A DNA stretch of 64,000 nt from Podarcis liolepis (lineage: Eukaryota). Where the stretch lies: NCBI GenBank assembly GCA_965112155.1, contig OZ218107.1, one strand, 5' to 3'. The notes beneath the pieces were generated by a model. It saw only the letters and a list, made by a program, of their open reading frames with translations, was not told the origin of the DNA and made no database searches. This document shows, in pieces, positions 51,694-64,000 of this stretch (within the stretch, counting starts at the first letter, position 1; every line of letters starts with the position of its first letter). The position numbers and the translations under genes were made by a program.

Positions 51694-52748
51694 TATCTAC
51701 ATTAATTATAACACAATAAAAGTGGTGATTAATTTTAACAGAAAATTAAGGAGTACTGTGGGAGATAGGCAATTAGAAGCCCAGAGGCTCAGTCAATCCC
51801 TCAGGAGCTAGAGCAATCCTTAGTATGCAGTTTAGTTGCTTCTCTTCCGCAAGGATACATTACTTAACAGATTTGTGTTCTGTTTCCTTCCTCATTCAGA
51901 TGTCTTCTGAAGTAGAACCCAGTGCACAAGTTGGAGCCATCACACAGGAAATCTGCCCCCTTCAAAGCCCACATCTCTGAGCAGTCCATATTTGGGGCTT
52001 AAAAAAATTATTGAAACTTTTCAGCATACAATACAATAAAATCCAAACTAACCTAAATAAAAATAGAAAAAAGGAGAACAACCAAAGAAAGAAAGAAAGG
52101 ACAGAGAGAAGAAGTGGAAGAAAAACAAAACAAAATCCTCTATCAGAGGTGCACGTTAACCTTTGTCCCCCACAAAAGGTGGTGCACCCACCCAGCTCTC
52201 ACCTGGGAGCTTCCCTTTCTTCTCCCAGCCTCCCACCCTGGGAGATCTTCCCTTCCCTACCAGGGTCCTTCATCATCCTTCTATCACCTTCCTATGTGTA
52301 GCCTCATTAACTCTGAATAGAGGACATCAAAAACAGAACAAAACATGAGTATGGGTAAAGCTAACAGAAGAAGACAAAAGCTATCATATAAAAGAAACAT
52401 AAGCAGAATGCTAGAAGATAGAAATAAGGGGGGTTTCCGGTTCTCCGTCTGCCAATTATGTATATAAAGAGATTATTCAAAGTATTCAAAACATTCACTC
52501 CTGGATAGTATCTAGCTGGATTCCAGGGTAATGTCCAGCTGTTCCTCATTCTGCTAGGCAGTGTTTTCCCAATCTTCAGTACCAGACATCTCGTTCATTT
52601 AGTCTTCTTTCTACACAAATAGTCTAAAAGGGGTTCTTCTAGTGTTATTATTGCTAAATGTCAAGAATAGTCTTTCTCCAATCCAGTACAATGACATTTT
52701 TCTCCAAGAGATTGCAAAAGCTCTTATCAGAGTAATAGTACACAATTA

Positions 52749-52974
52749 CAGTGGTACCTCAGGTTACATAGGCTTCAGGTTACAGACTCCGCTAACCCAG
52801 AAATAGTACCTCGGGTTAAGAACTTTGCTTCAGGATGAGAACAGAAATCGTGCTCCAGCAGCGTGGTGGCAGCAGGAGGCCCCATTAGCTAAAGTGGTGC
52901 TTCAGGTTAAGATCAGTTTCAGGTTAAGAACGGACCTCCGGAACGAATTAAGTACTTAACCCGAGGTACCACTG
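52749..52974. mobile_element. Tigger-like MITE
   Basis: CAGTGGTACCTC..GAGGTACCACTG; TA TSD. Confidence 0.9.
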
Positions 52975-53578
52975 TACTTACTTGTTGTATTTCTGTTAAT
53001 TCTTATCCAATTCCATATTTTCTAGTCCCATTTCCTATTGGCCATGTTTTCCCATCTTAATTTAAAGGAAAAAAATAATTCCATTTCCATTTCTTCCATT
53101 CGTTTTCCAAACACATCATCAGAAGCTTGAGGGTTTTCTCTTCTGCATTCACTTCAACTTGTACACAAGCCTTTCTCTCTCAGCTCTATCTCTGCCATCT
53201 CTGGATGTTTCTTAATGTCTCTGTCCAAAATTCCATTCCTCTCTTACAGCATCCCAATGCCATCATTTGTCTGTTTCAGTCCTCCAAACACCTGTGTGGA
53301 GATCATTTCCTTCTCTGCTGTTTCCCACTTTGCCTTTTCACTCTCATTTTCAGGTAGATCTTGATCAACACTTTCCCCCCACAGGTTCTGTGATTTCTTT
53401 GGTCTGGTTTTTCTCTGAACCATTTTCATTCAGCATTCTGCACATCTCAGCTTTGAGTTCTTTCAATTGTTCATCCAATAATTGTTGCATGATAGCAATC
53501 AGTAGGGTGTTCAATGGTATTTTTGTGAAACTGAATTGTTTAAGCCTCTCCCTTGTCAGTCTCTGCCTTGGAAAAATT

Positions 53579-53616
53579 GTATCTGAAGAAGTGTGCATGC
53601 ACACGAAAGCTCATAC
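53579..53616 (+). ncRNA. Minimal type-I hammerhead ribozyme motif
   Basis: GTAT-CTGAAGA-A-GTGTG(CATG)CACAC-GAA-AGCT-C-ATAC: stem I GUAU/AUAC, CUGANGA and GAAA boxes, stem II, palindromic AGCU in place of stem III, UC cleavage site. Confidence 0.7.
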
Positions 53617-53712
53617 CAAGAACTAACTTAGTTGGTCTTTAAGGTGCTACTGGAAGGAATTCTTTTATTTTGACTATGGCAGACCAACACGGCTACCTAT
53701 CTGTAACTGGAA
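53581..53712 (+). mobile_element. Penelope-like terminal repeat (pLTR) insertion
   Basis: 15-bp TSD CCTTGGAAAAATTGT (53566-53580, 53713-53727); inverted second copy at 55952-56082; contains a hammerhead motif. Confidence 0.8.
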
Positions 53713-55244
53713 CCTTGGAAAAATTGTGTAAGTCTTCTCCATCACCACATGGACAGGGCAGAGAGTTACAAGTAATAAAAAATGAATATTTTTAACACCT
53801 CAGAGCTTCCTTATCCATTGGACTTTCTAATCACTGATTAGATAAGCATTTTGGGTTGTTTTTCAGCCTGTTAATTAATGCCTCTTCTTACCTCAGCAGT
53901 CAGTTTGTGTTCTGGGTGATAATTAACTGGCAAATAAATCACTCAAGTCATAATTGATTCCAGTTTCAGAAATAACTTTAAAAAAGCAGGTTTGGCTGAT
54001 CTGATGCCCTGAGTTGAAGGCTATTATGTGGTTTCTGGGCTTGATAGCAGTTCCTCACTCAAGCCACTGCTCTGCATCCAAAAACATCTTGCTCCAGAGT
54101 GACAAATGGCTTTTCAGAGCAGGTGAGGTTAATTCTTGATCTCCTCATCTCAAAACAGAGGGCATGATAACCAGGATCTATTTTTTTAAAAATGGTGGCA
54201 GTGCAACTAACAGAAAGTGAACGTGACAGTGTTTGACAGAGTTGCCAAATGTAACATAGGATATGGCTGTAGCTATGCCAGCCATGCTACTGTGTGCTGT
54301 TGTAGTTATTTATATCTGTAGGATACAGTGTGCCAAATATTCTATATGTTACTATCGTATCATCATATGCCAAGAGAGCTCAGTTGTTATGTACGAAGCA
54401 CTTGAAGATTAAGCATTAGCTACACACACAGCAACCTTTGCTCTTAAAATTGTGCATTTATCTAATAATGCAAGCATTTTGAGGCTCTGGCATTAAACGG
54501 CTCTTGCACATATATGCCATAAGAACACACTTGCTTCCAATCACAGATTGCATCATTTTTCAATTCACACACACATACACAGAGCAGAACTGAAGTAGGG
54601 CACAGGAGGATATTAGTCTATACCAATTTTGTAGTAAACTCCATGTGAATCTAACAGCCGCAGTCTCCAAGGTAATCAAGTGCAGTTTGCTTAAGGACAT
54701 TTGATATGGCTAGACAGTTTGGTTGGCAGAAAGTCAAGGATATGTTCCCAAATAAGAAAGCTAGAGCAATGCCCATGTTTCAGAACACCAGAAATCATGC
54801 AGCACAGCCTCAGTATGATAAAGACATGGGGATTATAATATCTATTGTTTAATTTTGAGATAAAAAGCAGATTTTACAATTAATGTTATCAGACAAATTA
54901 GTGTGGCATAAAGCAGGGCTGTGATGACTTTAGTCTTGGGTGGTCTGTCCTTACCCCTCCTTTATTTTTAATGTTCTTAATTTTTTATTAGAATTATTGT
55001 GTGCATTATGTATGTGACATTTAGAAAGCTATATCTGATGTAGACAATGAATCACTAAGTTTCCATAAGGCACAATTTAATGGGACATATTTCTGAATAG
55101 ACATAATGCATAAGATTGCACTGGTCAACCTAGAGCTTAGATGTTGTTATTGACAAATTTTTTATTACTTTGGCCCCTGAGGCAAAGTGAGGTGTTCACC
55201 TCAGGGTGGCAGGATCCACGGGGTAGCAGATCCTGATGTAGATC

Positions 55245-55445
55245 ATAGAATCAGAGAATTTTAGATTTGGAAGGGACCCCAAGGGTCATATAGTCCAACT
55301 CCATGCAATGTAGGCATCTCAAGCATCCATGACAGATGGCCATCCAACCTCAGCTTAAAAATTCCTAAGGAAAGAGAGGCCACAACCTCCAGATGGAGAC
55401 TGTTCCTCTGTTGAACTTTATGCAATCTCTCCCCCTGCCCTTGTC
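55245..55445 (-). mobile_element. CR1 3' fragment inside a DNA-transposon remnant
   Basis: atagaatcagagaatt..ttggaaggg..tagtccaac terminal motif; 13-bp TSD CCTGATGTAGATC. Confidence 0.75.
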
Positions 55446-55951
55446 CCTGATGTAGATCTTCACTCACCCCTTCTTCCCTGGTGGGAAGAGGAGTGCCATT
55501 TGTGGTTCGCCTCAAATTGAGGCTTAGAATAAAAAATGACTTGGGCCGACCCTGCTTGTTATTCCAACCTGGATACAGTAAAGGCGGTGGTCTCTGCAGA
55601 ATTTTACAGACAAATCATTTTAAACCTATATTACACTACAAACTGAAACCTCCTCCTCCTCTTCTTCTTCTTCAAGATTATGCTTATCCAGATCTAGACT
55701 GAATCTGGATTTGTGATGGGGGGGGGGGGGTCTGTGAGGGGGACTTAACCCTGTCTGGAGCCTATGCTAACATTACATCTTTTTACTATGTTGTAGAAAA
55801 TAGAAATAAGAAAAGTAGAATTAAAACTAGTATCAATGGAAATAAACTCAAAAGGCCAACAAATAAGAAAGCAAAATATAAATCAATATGTAGAAAGTGG
55901 ATCACATTTCAAAATGATAAAATAGAAGTCAGAGTATCTTAAGTATCACCT

Positions 55952-56082
55952 GTAGTAGATAGGTAGCCGTGTTGGTCTGCCATAGTCAAAATAAAAAAAA
56001 TTCCTTCCAGTAGCACCTTAAAGACCAACTAAGTCAGTTCTTGGTATGAGCTTTCGTGTGCATGCACACTTCTTCAGATACA
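55952..56082 (-). mobile_element. Penelope-like terminal repeat, copy 2, with identical hammerhead motif (56044-56081)
   Basis: Reverse complement of 53579-53710. Confidence 0.8.
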
Positions 56083-57478
56083 CCTATCATTGTGAACTAA
56101 TGATGCACACTTACAATGGCACTTACTTCTGAATACACATGGGCAGAATTGCATTGTAATTCTAATGCTTATCATGTTCTATTATTCCTCTTCCAGCTGT
56201 CTATAAATGAGCACTGCACCAGAATTCCAGGGATTATTTTCTACTAGCCAACAGTTCTCCCCTGTTCCATATTTCCCACATCAGCCAATGCAATCAGCCA
56301 ATGACCTTCTCAAAATACCACCTTCGTCATAGGTAAGGTTTCGTTGCAACAAGAGACAGCACTTTTTTTGGTAATGGTGTCCCAGGAATGCTAGCACCAA
56401 ATATTCTTGTCTTTTGGGGCACCAGACAAGAACTTCGTTAATAATGCAGGCATTTTAAAACAATTTTTATTGTCTTAAGTTTTTAAAATTGTTTTGACTT
56501 TTAACTTTTAATTTCACTTTTATCTTCTGGCTGTTTTGAATGTATTGTTATTTCATTTGTCGTCATTCCCCCTTTTTGTAATCTGATTTAAAATCATTGC
56601 TCTGGATGAAATCAATGATAGATGCTTCTATGTATCAAAATCCTTTTCCAAATACTTCTTCCCTCCCCAAAATGGCATTTGCGAGTGCTTCCAGTATCTC
56701 TGCTCCTAAATGGGGCTGGAAATATGCAAAAGGTCCATGGACTTCGTCATTTCACAATGGTATTGGCAAGCTTCCAAGAGGCCTCGGAGTTTTTGTTCCC
56801 CTGCTAGAGTGGACTCACTGGGCCCATTACACTATCATGGTTATGACATTAGAAAATGAGATTTTTTTCTAAAGGGTTTTTCATCTGAAGGTTTTGAAAT
56901 AATTAATCCACCAAAGTGCTAAATTGGTTTGAAATGGAAATATATACATGGATCTCCTTCCATAACACAAAGGATGTAGAGATGGGTGCCTGAGAAGCAA
57001 ATGATTCCTTGCAGAAAATGAGCACAAAGCCTTCATTTCATGAGTCATTATATAGAAAGAACTATGGATAGGTGAATATTATTTTGCACTAATGAAGATA
57101 CAGAGAAAGAAAATGGCCTTTACTGCAGTGTAGTATAGACAATTCCCTCATTTCTAATGCTTAAATGATCATACAAAAAAGCCATATTCTTGGGAAGCAA
57201 AATGAACTGCTTCAGCTTATAAAGAAGAGATTTGCATGAAAGTACATTGCTCTTATCTTGGGGGGGGGGAGTTACATGAATTGAAACCCTGTGAATGTTG
57301 GGCAGAAGTCAAATTAAGAATACAAGCCTATACATGTATTCTCAGAATTAGGCCTCACTGTATTGAGTGGCGCTTCCCCTGCTAAGCATGCATAGGATCA
57401 GTCCATCAATTTACAGTATTTCTAGGCCTGTTTTCAACACAGAAAAACCTCCCAAGGAGGCCTACATAAAACTGTAAA

Positions 57479-57820
57479 GGTACAGGTAAAGGGACCCCTG
57501 ACCATTAGGTCCAATCGTGGACGACTCCAGGGTTGCGGCGCTCATCTCGCTTTATTGGCCGAGGGAGCCGGCGTACAGCTTCTGGGTCATGTGGCCAGCA
57601 TGACTAAGCTGCTTCTGGCGAACCAGAGCAGCGCACGGAAACACCGTTGGAGCGGTACCTATTTATCTACTTGCACTTTGATGTGCTTTCGAACTGCTAG
57701 GTTGGCAGGAGCTGGGACCGAGCAATGGGAGCTCACCCCGTCGCGGGGATTCAAACCGCCGACCTTCTGATCAGCAAGTCCTAGGCTCTATGGTTTAACC
57801 CACAGCGCCACCCACGTCCC
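57479..57820 (-). mobile_element. Sauria SINE
   Basis: Same family; TSD TACATAAAACTGTAAA / TATATAAAACTGTAAA. Confidence 0.9.
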
Positions 57821-58380
57821 TATATAAAACTGTAAACACACTATAAAACAGCAGTCAAAAAAGAGGCAAGCCAAGCAACCCATAAAATTAATTAAACACA
57901 GGTTTAAAACCAGTGGTGGGATATCTATTAACAATGTAAAATGAGCCCAAGTTCTTAACTAATAGATGTGTTACCTAAAAGCAATTTGAAACAAAAGGAT
58001 CTACAAAGCCCAGTAAAAAGTCAGAATTGATAGGTTCAACTGAATATCCCTTGTGTGGGAATTCCATAAATAGGGAAATTGCAAAAATGAGATCCATTCA
58101 TGTTCCTAGTTGGTCCATGAACCAGTGCTGAACTATATCACTGATGCAGATAAAGATTCTTTATTATGCAGTCACAGCCCTGGACAAAATAAAGCCAGCA
58201 AATGTACAAATAAATATCATAACATACAAAATACATTAAAGTGGGTTGCAGTACAGAGATGATATAAAATACCAGAAATATCTAAAATATGTCTAAAATA
58301 AGATATACAACAAGATACCTTAAAATATGGAAGTTAAGAGTGAGTTGAAAGGGGGGAAAATCACATAACCAGATTAAAAA

Positions 58381-58860
58381 TTGTAATGGCATTCCCCAGG
58401 CCCCAGACTCAAAATGTAACCAATAAAGATACTATCCTTCATTTACTAACAGCAGCTAAATTAGTGGTAGCAAAAAATCAGAAATCTCTAGATATAAATA
58501 TTTTTGAAGTTTGAATTTTGCAAGAATGGGACATTGTGCTTGTGGACAAATTTACCACTCTACAAAAAAAAACAAAAACAAAAACAAAAACAAAAACAAA
58601 AAAAAAACACATCACACAGGAAAAATGACCAGCACCTTATATTCAACATGGTATCCTTTCATTGATTTTGTAAAACTGATTGAGCATGGTTTTCTTTCTC
58701 CATCAATGCATGGAACATTATGAAATGACACCTTTATTTGATTGTCTATATTGGAACGCCAGTGACTAAAACCTTCAGCTGATAGTTACATCAAACATTT
58801 CTCAAGTTCTGTATTCCTTTTTGTTGATGATATTTATTATTATTTTGTATGTTTATAGCG
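58381..58860 (+). mobile_element. Old L1-clade 3' fragment
   Basis: ILHLLTAAKLVVAKN...STWYPFIDF resembles the ORF2 C-terminus; frameshifted. Confidence 0.55.
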
Positions 58861-58866
58861 TTAACT

Positions 58867-59101
58867 CAGGGGTCAGCAAACGTTTTCAGCAGGGGGCTGG
58901 TCCACTGTCCCTCAGGTCTTGGGAGGGTGGGACGAAAAAAGAACGAATTCCTATGCCCCACAAATAACCCAGAGATGCATTTTTTAAAAAATGACACATT
59001 CTACTCATGTAAAACACGCTGATTCCCGGACCATCCACAGGCCGGATTTAGAAGGCGATTGGGCCAGATCCAGCCCCCAGGCCTTAGTTTGCCTACCCAT
59101 G
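58867..59101. mobile_element. hAT (Charlie-type) MITE
   Basis: CAGGGGTCAGCAAAC / GTTTGCCTACCCATG inverted ends; partial copy at 38561-38721. Confidence 0.8.
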
Positions 59102-59106
59102 CGAAC

Positions 59107-59277
59107 TAGTGGAAGAAGAGGAGTGCAGGGGTAGTGGACTGCCCCTGGCAGCGCAATCCCGGTGGGGTGCCATTGCGGCTGCCCCCCTGCCCGCACTGGG
59201 CACCACACCACTGCAGATGGCATGCCATGCCCCCAGGACACGCACCACACCCCTGTGGGTGGCACTCCACGCCCCTG
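59107..59277. mobile_element. GC-rich hAT-type MITE (degenerate)
   Basis: Ends CTCCACGCCCCTG; similar style to 16031 and 51288; no TSD verified. Confidence 0.5.
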
Positions 59278-59764
59278 CAAATCATGCAATACAGGGCAAC
59301 CTCCGAACCAGAAATAAGTTGCTTATCAATATGTTTCCTAGGTAGTAGCATCTGTAAGCTAAATCATTTGCTGATCACATATGAGACACATGGGAAGGCC
59401 AATGCAGGGAAATGCAGTTTCAGTTGGCTGAATGATACCTTCCGGATGCTGACAGCAAAATGTTAATTTTACACTTAAAATTTTCACATACGTAATGCAT
59501 GCAACCTCATCCCAACAAAAATAGAAGAACCAGGAAGCCAGAAGCTACACCTTATTTTTGATCCACGGTCTTCATTACATCTGGCAAAACTGAAGTGTAA
59601 AAGGATACCTAATGTGTTATACTAACAAGAATAAAGATATACTTAGAAGTATGTCAGTCTCTTTTAAAGGTTCTGAATATAATGTTTGTTGTTCTTATGG
59701 ATTTCACTGGTGGGTTTAATACGGAAATTTGTATTTCTGTTGCATGTTGTGGCAAAATGTACAG

Positions 59765-60262
59765 AAATGTTTTCACCTGGCGCCTAAAGGTATGTAATGA
59801 TGGTGCCAGGCAAGCGTCCCTGGGGAGAGCATTCCAGAAACGAGGAGTTACCGTAGAAGAGGCCTGTTCTCATGTTGCCACGCTTCAGACTTCTCATGGA
59901 GGAGGGGAGGAACATGTAGAGTTTGGATTCGATATCCCGCTTTATCACTACCCGAAGGAGTCTCAAAGCGGCTCACATTCTCCTTTCCCTTCCTCCCCCA
60001 CAACAAACACTCTGTGAGGTGAGTGGGGCTGAGAGACTTCAGAGAAGTGTGACTAGCCCAAGGTCACCCAGCAGCTGCATGTGGAGGAGCGGGGAAGCGA
60101 ACCCGGTTCACCAGGTTACAAGTCCACCGCTCTGAACCACTACACCACACTGGCTCTCAAATGAAAAAGGCTCTCAGCTGATGATCACAGGGTCAAGGCT
60201 GCTTCATATGGGGAGAGGCAGTCCTTGAGGTAGTGCATTCCTGAGTTGTTTAAGGCTTTATA
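59765..60262 (-). mobile_element. L2 LINE fragment interrupted by a Squam3 SINE
   Basis: ggggagagcattcca..gaagaggcc..ctcatgttgcca and ggagaggcagtccttgaggta are motifs I recall from the L2 3' region. Confidence 0.6.
59919..60158 (-). mobile_element. Squam3-type SINE
   Basis: Reverse complement of 26405-26640. Confidence 0.88.
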
Positions 60263-61289
60263 AATGCCTGACAGTTCCAGAGGAGGGGGCTCAAACTGGG
60301 AGCCTAGTTCTGGATCACTCTGCTGTGGATAACTGGAGCAAAGTGTTAGTTTAATGCTGTAGTTGTAGTTTAATGCTACAACTTTAAGAAGTTTGGGTTC
60401 ACTAAAGCCAATGACCTTCCAGTCGGATAAATGTTGGGTTCTTCTTCTTTTTTTTTCAAATAAATGTGGAATCCTATTCTGTTCTTCAGGTCAACTAAAA
60501 GGTAATGCTAGTCATGGGAGTTAGAAAAATACAGACCTGAGAGCCAGCCTTGTTCTTGACAACCTTCTTTCTACAGTTTCCCCCAGTTTATATTTGTATG
60601 ATTTTGTTTATTTATAGGTTTAAAATATTAAAACCAACAAAAGGCCAAACACCATTAGTGTGTTAGTACTTGCTTTATTTTAACTTATGAAACATTAACA
60701 AACTATTCAGATGTAAAATAGATCAACCTTTTGATTTTTTTAAAAAACTGAAATAGAGCAGAAAAAGTGCACTAACTCCAAGGCACAAAATCAGTTCCAT
60801 TAAAAACCAATGTAGATCTTACCATTGACTTCAAAGGCTGCTGACTACACTCCAAATGATTGATATATATGGCATGGGGATAATGGGTTGCTGTGGGATA
60901 ATGGGCAACACTGAGCTTTTCAAAAGGGCTTCAAAAGGGTTCATCTGTTACAGTGGCCAAGTGCTTACTGCTCTCAAGGGTAAAATATTTTTAAAGAAAA
61001 CTGTTCTAACCCCCAGAACCACTAGTGGAGGAGGTTAGAATGCTAGAGAAGGTGGAGGTCAGGGTGGATCTCTCTCCTGTCTGCATGCCACATTGCATCA
61101 TAAATGGCAGAGTCTCCAATTGGTCTACTGTGCCACAGTTTCTTGGGACATTGTGGACATTGTGTTGTGTTGATCCTGATTTGTATTTTCTACATGTGTG
61201 TTTCCCTCTCCCTTCCTGAGTTCAGCATGCATTGGTTATGCCAACTTTCCTAATGGTGTAGTAGGACTGGCCCCAGTGTAATATGAAAA

Positions 61290-61514
61290 CAGTGGTACCT
61301 CGGGTTACAAACACCTCAAGTTACAAACACTTTGGGTTGCAGACTCCGCTAACCTAGAAGTAGTACCTCAGGCTAAGAACTTTACCTCAGGATGAGAACA
61401 GAAATTGTGTAACCGGCAGCACCATTAGCTCAAGTGGTACCTCAAGTTACGAACGGTTTCAGGTTAAGAACGGACCTCTGGAACAAATTATGTTCGTAAC
61501 CAGAGGTACCAATG
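61290..61514. mobile_element. Tigger-like MITE
   Basis: CAGTGGTACCTC..GAGGTACCAATG ends; right TA. Confidence 0.85.
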
Positions 61515-62362
61515 TATAGGATTGATCTGCCTGTTGTCTAACTAAGTGGTTTAAAATTAAAGGGGAGACAGTACTCTAAAAATATACACACTACATTTAA
61601 TAATTTGTCAGCTTCCAGATCCTACATGTTTCTTGTCCATTTTCATCAGCACTTCAGAGAAGCACTTTATGAACTATTTGCAGAGACTTGCTGCTTTGTA
61701 TCCATCAAACTTAGCTCCCTCTGTCACATACAGACACATTCCCCTTGAATGGTAAAGTCAGTTGTTTGACAGTTAACAAAGCAATTCCTCTATTTGTTTG
61801 TCATAATTTTCGTAAACAAATTAAGAATGTCAGCTACGAATTGGTTTTTTAAAAAATCTCACCACCAGTTTATCTCTTTAATTAATTGCAGAATTCAGCC
61901 CAATGCACCACCACCCTGTATGTCTTAGTGTGCCATATAATGGCATGGTTGCGATTTACAGCTGACATGTTGGCTGGGACAACGCATACTGAATAGAAAT
62001 CTGTGGAGTCTGGCAGGTTGTAACACTACAGCTGTTCTTCAGATCTAATACAGAGAACATGAGACAGTAAAGCAAACTACAGTTCACAGATTATTTTCAG
62101 AGGTCTCCAGTTCTACTCACTGCAATCAGCATGGTAAGTGCTCCATCAATTCACCAGAAGAGGGGTAAGATACCTCAAGCCTGAGGCCAAATTTTCCCTG
62201 GGGGTATTTGTGGCTCTAGGCTAAAAAAGATAACCCACCCCTGCTCTAGACACAATGGCTACACACACATTACCTGCTTAATGGGCAGCTAGTTTGTTCT
62301 CTCCCCCCCCCCCCCATTAGGATAAAAGCTGCTCTGTGGGGAAATGAATCAAAACACAGTGG

Positions 62363-62537
62363 GTGGGATTCAACTAACCAGCCCCATAAACTCTGCACAA
62401 GGTTTTCTGCTCAGCAAGGGGCTGTCAGGAGAACTTCCAGAACAGTGTGTGGAGAGGAGAGGAGAAATCATTCCATTTGGCAAGCTGCAGTGCTTGCACA
62501 GATGGAATGACTGGAAGAGCTCATTGTTGAATTCCAC
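62363..62537. mobile_element. Old MITE
   Basis: Inverted ends GTGGGATTCAAC / GTTGAATTCCAC. Confidence 0.5.
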
Positions 62538-63400
62538 TCAGGGTTTCGTAAGAAACAACAGGATAGATACAGGATAGATATGGGTTGTGGCTAATGTTGT
62601 GTGAAACCCCTTTGCAAATCAACAGCAGGAGCACACTGGATGCAGAGTAAACAAGAGTGTGTACACAGCTTGTTTGAGTATGTTGCCTCAAATGCCAGGA
62701 GATAGGGCTCAATTGGACATACCATCCTCTGACTTATGTCAATCATAGCAGCACAATATCTAGCCACACAGTAGATCTAAAATCGAGGGTTTGTTTTACA
62801 AGTTTTATGTGTTTTTATCTTATGTTGGTCTATTGTATCTGAGAGTATGAGTATGTGTACCCTCTACGGTAAGATAGCTTACTTATTTATGCACGAAGGT
62901 GCTTTTATCTTATGCTGGTCTATGACCATAATAAAGATTTGGATTAGCTCAGTGGGATTTCTGACACAATGCATTGGAAAGAGCTCTCGTGATGCAAAAT
63001 AACAGGAGGAATGGCCCTTAGATGTGGGTGGCTACAGTACACATACACAAGGGCCTCCTACATACCAAACTGTGCTTGTGTCTCTTTCATCTTTTTACAA
63101 GTGCCTCTTTCTGAAAATGGAGAGTGAGAGGTGTAGAAGTGCATGCAAGCTTAATGCCTATCTCTTCCAAGATACAACCAACATGACACTGCACATATAT
63201 TTATTTTGCTACTAAGTTAGAAAGCACCAGATCCTTAAAAAAAAAACCTCTCATAACTCAGGCAATATGTCTTTGAATGTTAAGACAACCTGGTGACTGA
63301 CACTCGGAACAATTTATGCAACTGAAAAACAGTTGTTTTAAAGTGTACTGGTTTTTTAAAACAATGCCTCCATTGCTTTTAAAGTGTGCACAGGTCATGC

Positions 63401-63491
63401 CATAGCTGTCAACTTTTCTCTTTTCTTGCGAGGAATTCTATTCGGAATAAGGGAATTTCTCTTAAAAAAAAGGGAAACGTTGACAGCTATG
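63401..63491. mobile_element. 91-bp hAT MITE
   Basis: Perfect 13-bp TIR CATAGCTGTCAAC; perfect 8-bp TSD GGTCATGC. Confidence 0.92.
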
Positions 63492-64000
63492 GGTCATGCC
63501 CAGCCATATAAATTAAAGAAAATTAATTAATTAATCAAAATGTGTTAGAACTGGTTTTTGTAATATCAAAGAGCCCCCAGATCAAAGTTCTTCTCTGTGA
63601 ACACTTGGCCTACAGAAGTATCATCTGTAGTTATTATCGAACAACAGCTCTACTGAAATGTGGTAGTAATTTTTAGGCAGGGGAAGAATATCCCTTTTAG
63701 AAAGGTTCAACTTACCCATCTCTCCTTCCTGAGTCTTAATTCATGCCGTCTAGGAATTAGTTCTGTGCTCAGTGAGAATAATCAGTGGGTTGGTTAGTCA
63801 CAAGTAACTTATGATCCATTAATTTTAGTGGTTCTATTCCAAGCACGATTAAGGCTGGATCCAAACCATGCTTTTTTAGGCTGACTTGTGGATCTGATTT
63901 TTTAAAAATTAATGCCATGCTTTGTCTTTAGTGTGCTTTTACTATGAAATACTTAAATAGATATTCAGTATTGTGCGTACTCCCTTGAATGGTGGCTACT

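Larger units (their letters stand above)
53000..53900 (-). mobile_element. Decayed L1-like ORF1 region (coiled-coil) interrupted by a Penelope repeat
   Basis: E/K-rich heptad-like peptides (LLDEQLKELKAEMCRML...) with stops; boundaries approximate. Confidence 0.4.

Overview
This is eukaryotic, non-coding, transposon-rich DNA from a squamate reptile, most likely a lacertid lizard, judged from Sauria SINEs, Squam3-type SINEs with TTC/CTC tails and a Bov-B fragment. I found no intact host protein-coding gene; nearly all supplied ORFs are chance frames or repeat fragments. Main contents: (1) the 5' half of a degenerate Ty1/copia LTR retrotransposon on the minus strand (1-2207), with a half-tRNA(iMet)-type primer site; (2) two inverted LTR-like repeats bounded by CAA rather than TG..CA, possibly tyrosine-recombinase (DIRS/Ngaro) derived, one nested in a hAT deletion derivative; (3) a hAT MITE carrying a GC-rich 110-bp double-hairpin tandem array; (4) two ~130-bp Penelope-type terminal repeats, each with an identical minimal hammerhead ribozyme motif; (5) an isolated 72-bp fragment of the DYRK1A/B kinase catalytic loop; (6) many SINEs, Tc1/mariner and hAT MITEs, and L1/CR1/L2/Bov-B fragments; (7) a TE-poor block (~29.5-35.4 kb) ending in a possible minus-strand promoter and first exon of an unidentified gene. 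I see no convincing wholly new multi-gene system; the best leads are items 1-5. Family names come from recalled motifs and structure, not database searches.
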